Under the pieces are notes generated by a model. The model saw only the letters and a program-made list of their open reading frames with translations. It searched no databases and had not been told where the DNA came from. From contig JAKQQL010000281.1 in the NCBI GenBank assembly GCA_029564175.1, forward strand, positions 1 through 19,080: a DNA stretch of 19,080 nt, in the 5' to 3' direction. The DNA is from Candidatus Cloacimonadota bacterium (lineage in GTDB: Bacteria; Cloacimonadota; Cloacimonadia; Cloacimonadales; WRIO01). Position 1 is the first letter of the stretch; the number at the start of each line of letters is the position of its first letter. Positions 14,452 to 19,080 of this stretch are shown one piece after another. Both the position numbers and the translations under genes were made by a program.

Positions 14452-17241
14452 TTAAAAGAAATCATTGTCATAACCATTCAATTGATTTTCTTTTTTAATC
14501 TTTTTCAGGACATCATCAAAGAACTTTCCTGCAACAACATTATACATTTTAAATCTATCAAGGTATTCCTCCAAGTGAAATTCTTCAGGCAACTTGTCAT
14601 GAAATGAAATACACTCAAGTGAATAAGCATTTGAAGGATTTAAATACACTGAGAAAATTCTGTCACTTTGTTCTATTTTCTGATACTTTTCCTGAAGACC
14701 TAACTTTTCCAAAAGGTAATTAAAATTGATTGCACCTTTGACTGGCATTGGTGCTCCCTTTTTTGTAGAATCAAAATTGTCATTTCCTTCTTCAATATAA
14801 TAATCATCAAGAACATTTGTTGAAGATGGTTTGTTCAACTTTGATGAATCCCATGAAAGAATTTCCTTCTTAGATTCCTCTATGAATTTGTCAATCTTTA
14901 AATTCAGCAAAACTTTTTTAATGAAAGATTTTAATATTCCTTTGACAGCAACAGGTGTGTCAGAACGAATGACTTTAATCCCCATGATTTTTTCTTTTGG
15001 AGGGTCATACTTTTTACCTTCATTATCATAAACAAGCATTGCATATGTCTTAGCACCCATCCAAAAAGAACCATTACTAATGACTTCTCGTTTCATGTGC
15101 ATAGTGTTTTCAAAAACACCAATATAATCTGTCATCTCCTTGTATATCTCAGCAATTTTTGGTTCAATCAATTTTTCTGCTATGTTGTTCAGATAATTTA
15201 CAATTTCTTCATCTGTCTTTAAATTTTTATTCTTATCAACAAAGGTTTGAACATTGACATAGATTGAATCCGTATCGCCAGCAATGATATAATCAACATT
15301 CTTTGTTTTGAATATATCATTCAAGAAGTTGTTGAGTCTATCGGAACAATATCTGTTACAAATCTGACCCATTGTTGTTATTGATTCAGCATAATGAATG
15401 TTGAATAATGCAAAAGAACTGACAGCAGTTGCACCATAGAATGAATTCAAAAGAACTTTCTCTGCCAACTGAATGACATCAAGAATCTTTGATTTGTTCT
15501 CAAGTTCTCTTTTTCTAACCATGTCATGTTCTTCTTTGTCAGCTTCTTTCTTGAACTGAAAAGATTCTTTTTTGTGTTTCTTTCTTTGAATGAACAATTC
15601 TTCAATTATTTCTGCGACAATTCCCTTTTCCTTTCCTGAAAAAACTAATCCAGTTGGCATACAAATTTCATTCTTTTCCTTGAATCTTGAATAATCAAAT
15701 TCACCTTTTATTGTTTCTTCAATGATGTTCAATCCTTCCTTTCTGACTATCATTTCATGACTCATGTTACACATTCTAATGATAGAAGGATAAAGAGAAG
15801 TCAAATCAAAAGACATGACCCATCCAAACAATCCTTCAAGTGGTTCTTTGACAAATGCCCCAGCAATCTTTCTCTTCTCATCTGAATCATTCCCACTTAT
15901 TACATATCCCTTCTCAAGAAGAGAATTGAATATATGGCCTTCCCAAATGAATGTTGTGAAGGGAAACCAATTTGGTGCAGTTCTACTATAATGAGCTATT
16001 GAATAAATCAAATCAATGTAACCAAGATTTCCATGTATTCCTTCAAGACATTCGACATCACCAATGTTGTATTCAAGATATTTCTGTTTGTCATTAATCC
16101 AAAGGTCAGAAAGAGAGCCATCATATTCAACCTTTCCTAAACCTGTCTCAGCAATTGATACATCGTTCAATTTGTATGAATCTCTTTTATTTGTTCTAAA
16201 CTTTTTATCAGCTTCCAATAAATCTATATGTTCAACTCCATACACTTCCCAAATATCTTTCTTTTTACCATTTAAAAATGTTGTTCTTTTGTCAACTTCT
16301 TTAAATGGCGACAAATTTTTATAAAATCCAGGAAGGAATTTTTCCATTCTATTGATTAAATATGGCAAGTCAAATGATTCACTGTTCCAACCTGACAAAA
16401 CATCAATTTCATTTCTAACATGAAATAAGAAAAAATCAACAAGTAAATCTTCTTCTCTCTTAAATTTTTTAACATTAATTCTTTCAGCTTCTTTAAATGA
16501 TTTTTCAATTTTGTTGATTCTTTCAATTTCAGTTTTTATTTTCTTTATTTTTTCTTCTTCTTTTTCAACATAAATAAACCAATACTTGAATTCATCACGA
16601 ATCTTTTCGTTCTCAAAAAATTCCTTCTTCATCTCCTCTTTCTTCATCAGCAAATCATCCAGCATCTTTTGTAGTCCTGACAGAAACCTTTCCTTGAATG
16701 GTTTCACTTTGTCTTTCACTGCATGAAGTGTCTTGAATTGTTTCAACTCTGGATATTTTGAGAAAAACCATTCATCTCTTGAGAACTCAAAATCATCTGA
16801 CAAATACCAAAGATGAAACGATATCTCTCCTTCAACTCTTCCAGTGATTGCAACAACTGGATGATTTGCTTCTTCTGCAACTGGAAATCCCTTGTCAGAG
16901 AACACCTCTATGTCAAAGAAGAACTTTCTCAGTCTTGATGGGTCAAACTTGTCATATAGTTTGTTCTCTCTTATGAACTGCAACAGTGAAGCATTCTTGA
17001 TGTTTCCAAAGACAAATCCTGGAGGATATGATGATGTCTCATCATGAAATTTCTTAACAGATGTTGCATAGATTCTTTCCACATTCTGACCGTCAGGAAA
17101 TGTCTTGAACTTTGTTGGGTTTGTTGTTTTGATGAAGTAATATGGTTTGAACTGATTATCCCTTCCTTTGATTCTTTTTCCATTCCCATCATAACCTGTG
17201 TAGAATATGACACCATTCTTTTCTCTTACAGATGTGAACAT
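14452..17241 (-). CDS. Family B DNA polymerase, T4 gp43-like
   Basis: ExoI FDIE, ExoII GWNSESFD, ExoIII YNIGDV; polymerase motifs SFDLTSLYPS, KVLLNSFYG, AGDTDS; AAGGAG RBS. Confidence 0.97.
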   Translation of the reverse strand: MFTSVREKNGVIFYTGYDGNGKRIKGRDNQFKPYYFIKTTNPTKFKTFPDGQNVERIYATSVKKFHDETSSYPPGFVFGNIKNASLLQFIRENKLYDKFDPSRLRKFFFDIEVFSDKGFPVAEEANHPVVAITGRVEGEISFHLWYLSDDFEFSRDEWFFSKYPELKQFKTLHAVKDKVKPFKERFLSGLQKMLDDLLMKKEEMKKEFFENEKIRDEFKYWFIYVEKEEEKIKKIKTEIERINKIEKSFKEAERINVKKFKREEDLLVDFFLFHVRNEIDVLSGWNSESFDLPYLINRMEKFLPGFYKNLSPFKEVDKRTTFLNGKKKDIWEVYGVEHIDLLEADKKFRTNKRDSYKLNDVSIAETGLGKVEYDGSLSDLWINDKQKYLEYNIGDVECLEGIHGNLGYIDLIYSIAHYSRTAPNWFPFTTFIWEGHIFNSLLEKGYVISGNDSDEKRKIAGAFVKEPLEGLFGWVMSFDLTSLYPSIIRMCNMSHEMIVRKEGLNIIEETIKGEFDYSRFKEKNEICMPTGLVFSGKEKGIVAEIIEELFIQRKKHKKESFQFKKEADKEEHDMVRKRELENKSKILDVIQLAEKVLLNSFYGATAVSSFALFNIHYAESITTMGQICNRYCSDRLNNFLNDIFKTKNVDYIIAGDTDSIYVNVQTFVDKNKNLKTDEEIVNYLNNIAEKLIEPKIAEIYKEMTDYIGVFENTMHMKREVISNGSFWMGAKTYAMLVYDNEGKKYDPPKEKIMGIKVIRSDTPVAVKGILKSFIKKVLLNLKIDKFIEESKKEILSWDSSKLNKPSSTNVLDDYYIEEGNDNFDSTKKGAPMPVKGAINFNYLLEKLGLQEKYQKIEQSDRIFSVYLNPSNAYSLECISFHDKLPEEFHLEEYLDRFKMYNVVAGKFFDDVLKKIKKENQLNGYDNDFF

Positions 17242-17250
17242 TGATTCTCC

Positions 17251-17787
17251 TTAGAATAATTCTACAGTTTCCTCTTCACCTTTTTTTGCTTTCTGTTTTT
17301 TCTGTTTCTTTGTCTTTTCTATTTTCTCAACTTTATCTATCTTTGCAAGATGTTGAGCTTCAATCTTCTTCATCATCTCTTCTTTCTTTTTTGAAGAATC
17401 AACAACAACTATTTTTTCCTGAATAATCACAGGTGTCTGATGATACTGTGAGATAAGATAATCAGGAAGTGTTGAAACCACATCAATGATGTCTTCACAC
17501 ACTTTCCTATATTCATCAAGATTTCCTCCATGTTTCAAAAACATCTCATCTGTGTATGCTGAGAGCAACTGTTTCACTCTTCCATAATATCCAGTGACTT
17601 GAACCCATCTCTTTCTGATTTCCTTTTCTTTTGTCTTTTTGTTTTCAACTTCATCTTCACAATAAACTTCAATCCAGCAATCTCTTCTGCCAAAACAAAT
17701 TCTTGCATTTCTTCCAAACTTTAGAAAGTTTCCAACTTCCTCATTGTCATCATCAATCTCAAGTGCTTCTCTTTTTTCCTTGACCAT
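17251..17787 (-). CDS. Hypothetical protein with Lys-rich tail, likely cotranscribed with the polymerase
   Basis: Start reassigned to ATG 17787 after GGAGG; ends EETVELF. Confidence 0.75.
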   Translation of the reverse strand: MVKEKREALEIDDDNEEVGNFLKFGRNARICFGRRDCWIEVYCEDEVENKKTKEKEIRKRWVQVTGYYGRVKQLLSAYTDEMFLKHGGNLDEYRKVCEDIIDVVSTLPDYLISQYHQTPVIIQEKIVVVDSSKKKEEMMKKIEAQHLAKIDKVEKIEKTKKQKKQKAKKGEEETVELF

Positions 17788-17820
17788 TCTCATCCTCCAT
17801 ATCAAGTTACATTTTCAATA

Positions 17821-17841
17821 TTATCTATTTTATTTTAAAAA
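17821..17841 (-). promoter_or_regulatory. Conserved 21-bp intergenic motif, copy 4 (heads the polymerase operon)
   Basis: Exact copy, 34 nt before the 17787 start. Confidence 0.65.
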
Positions 17842-17921
17842 ACAATTGTCAAAATAACACGATTTAAACTACTTTTCTGTTGACCCTTGCTATTGATATT
17901 AGTTTTCAAAGTTTTTCACTT

Positions 17922-18197
17922 TTAGAGTGGTTTTAGAAAGTCATTTGATGGTTTCTGAACAACATCCTTTATCAATGAAACAAATTGAGGTTTGAAATGT
18001 TTCAAAACTCTCATTCTATCCTTCTCTTTTTCAATAATAGTTGAACATCTGACATCAAGCTCTTTCATGACATTCTGAATTGTTGATGAAATGTCTATGT
18101 CTTCTGAATAATGAAATGACAGAAGAACTTCATTAATGAATTCCTTTGTCAGAAATGATTGAATGTGTTCTGAGAACTGCTGACTGATTTCACTCAT
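17922..18197 (-). CDS. Hypothetical protein
   Basis: 91-aa ORF overlapping the stop of the ATP-grasp gene. Confidence 0.7.
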   Translation of the reverse strand: MSEISQQFSEHIQSFLTKEFINEVLLSFHYSEDIDISSTIQNVMKELDVRCSTIIEKEKDRMRVLKHFKPQFVSLIKDVVQKPSNDFLKPL

Positions 18198-19080
18198 AAT
18201 AATTCACCCACTGAAGAATTTTTTCTGCTACATTGATTCCTGTTGCATCCTGAAATGGTTCCCACTGAGGAGCATAGTTTTCTTCTATCATGTGAAATGT
18301 TCCATCTTCTGTCATTCCAACATCAAGTCCCATGATTGTTGGTTGCTTTTGTCTTTTATAGCTATCAATGACAAAATTAGCAAGTTCGGATGTCAACTCT
18401 TCTTTCACCCACTCTTTGCAGTGTGCTCTGTTTGCAACAATTGAATCATCATTTTTTATCTTTGAGGCAACTCCAATGATTTCGAGTCCAACTACCATCA
18501 CTCTGAACTCTTTGACAAATTTCTCAAAGGATTGAAGGAGAAGCAGTTCTTTGTTCTCTCTGAAAAACTTTTTCACAAAAACAGTCAGTTCATCTTTATT
18601 GTCGAACACCTGAACTCCATTTCCATGTGCTCTACCAGTTGGTTTTGTCAGAACTGGAAACTCAATGTTGTCAATTAGGAGGTCAACTTGAGAACTGCTT
18701 CTGAACATATAAGATGATGTTCCAATCTTTCTCTCATGTCTTGAAAGTGTTGAAAATGTTTTTGATGGTTTTCTTCCCTGATATCTTTCTGGGTTGTCAA
18801 AAATGATTGTTTCATTTCCAACCAGCTTATTTTTGTTCAGTGATTCAAATGTTTTTACAAGAAGAGAAATCTCCTCAAAGTTCTTTCCCATCAATCTTAC
18901 AATCAAAACTCTGAGGTCTGATATGTCTTTATCTTTGATAAATATTTTTGCATCCTCACCTCTTTTGAAAATGAAAGAAACATCCTTTGGATGAAAAACA
19001 ATCACCTCATGTTGTTCACTGAGAACTTTGATGAGTTCAATGTTCTCAAAATTATCATTATTTCCACTTGCACAAATTCC
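18190..19080 (-). CDS. RimK/LysX-like ATP-grasp ligase, 5' end beyond the window
   Basis: FPVLTKP..G.HGNGV, LLQSF, EFRVMVVG, ANR, GLDV, IEEN.AP, TGINVA. The frame is open from 19005 to the window edge (GICASGNNDNFENIELIKVLSEQHEV). Confidence 0.85.
   Translation of the reverse strand, partial: GICASGNNDNFENIELIKVLSEQHEVIVFHPKDVSFIFKRGEDAKIFIKDKDISDLRVLIVRLMGKNFEEISLLVKTFESLNKNKLVGNETIIFDNPERYQGRKPSKTFSTLSRHERKIGTSSYMFRSSSQVDLLIDNIEFPVLTKPTGRAHGNGVQVFDNKDELTVFVKKFFRENKELLLLQSFEKFVKEFRVMVVGLEIIGVASKIKNDDSIVANRAHCKEWVKEELTSELANFVIDSYKRQKQPTIMGLDVGMTEDGTFHMIEENYAPQWEPFQDATGINVAEKILQWVNYYE

Noticed and set aside
4930..17216. Nested minus-strand alternative-frame ORFs (4930..5154, 10995..11318, 12536..12721, 16971..17216)
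   Set aside because: They lie wholly or largely within longer genes with clear motifs. The NIKLKE at the end of 10995..11318 only reflects the non-coding promoter/RBS homology with 14417-14456.
14452..17241. Intein or intron in the DNA polymerase
   Set aside because: The frame is continuous, all motifs are in order, and there are no splice-junction or homing-endonuclease motifs.
17848..17853. TTGACA as the -35 of a canonical sigma70 promoter for the polymerase operon
   Set aside because: It is 14 nt from TAAAAT and 19 nt from TAGATA, and it is not conserved at the other motif copies.
1436..18994. All plus-strand ORFs in the track (e.g. 3306..3623, 9121..9552, 14242..14607)
   Set aside because: They are antisense shadows of well-supported minus-strand genes, with F/S/L/I-biased composition and no recognisable motifs.
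1..19080. Stop-codon reassignment
   Set aside because: TAA, TAG and TGA all end genes at sensible positions, often overlapping the next RBS or ATG, and long genes are intact under code 11.

Overview
A 19-kb segment of an AT-rich, T4-like contractile-tailed phage genome; every credible gene lies on the minus strand. In transcription order (right to left): a 5'-truncated RimK-like ATP-grasp ligase, two hypotheticals, a T4 gp43-like family B DNA polymerase and a DUF285/BspA-like repeat protein. Next is a thymidine-hypermodification region: dUMP hydroxymethylase, HD nucleotidase, dNMP kinase, gamma-glutamylcyclotransferase, P-loop kinase, amidoligase, GNAT, class II glutamine amidotransferase, amino acid:DNA transferase and 5-hmdU DNA kinase. 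It is followed by a phosphoesterase, small ORFs, a spanin pair, a baseplate spike and two small proteins. Best leads: (1) a 5-hmdU pathway with an unusual amidoligase/Ntn-hydrolase/GNAT/GGCT tailoring set whose enzymes mostly end in clamp-binding-like ...LF tails; (2) a portable N-terminal leader (MxKYRIDENKIVKVEE) on three unrelated proteins, one of which has a leaderless paralog behind a sigma70 promoter, suggesting a capsid-targeting system for injected proteins; (3) a collapsed relic of a second leader-DUF285 cassette; (4) three distinct promoter-like motif classes; (5) apparent absence of GATC. All family calls come from recognising motifs by eye, not from database searches.
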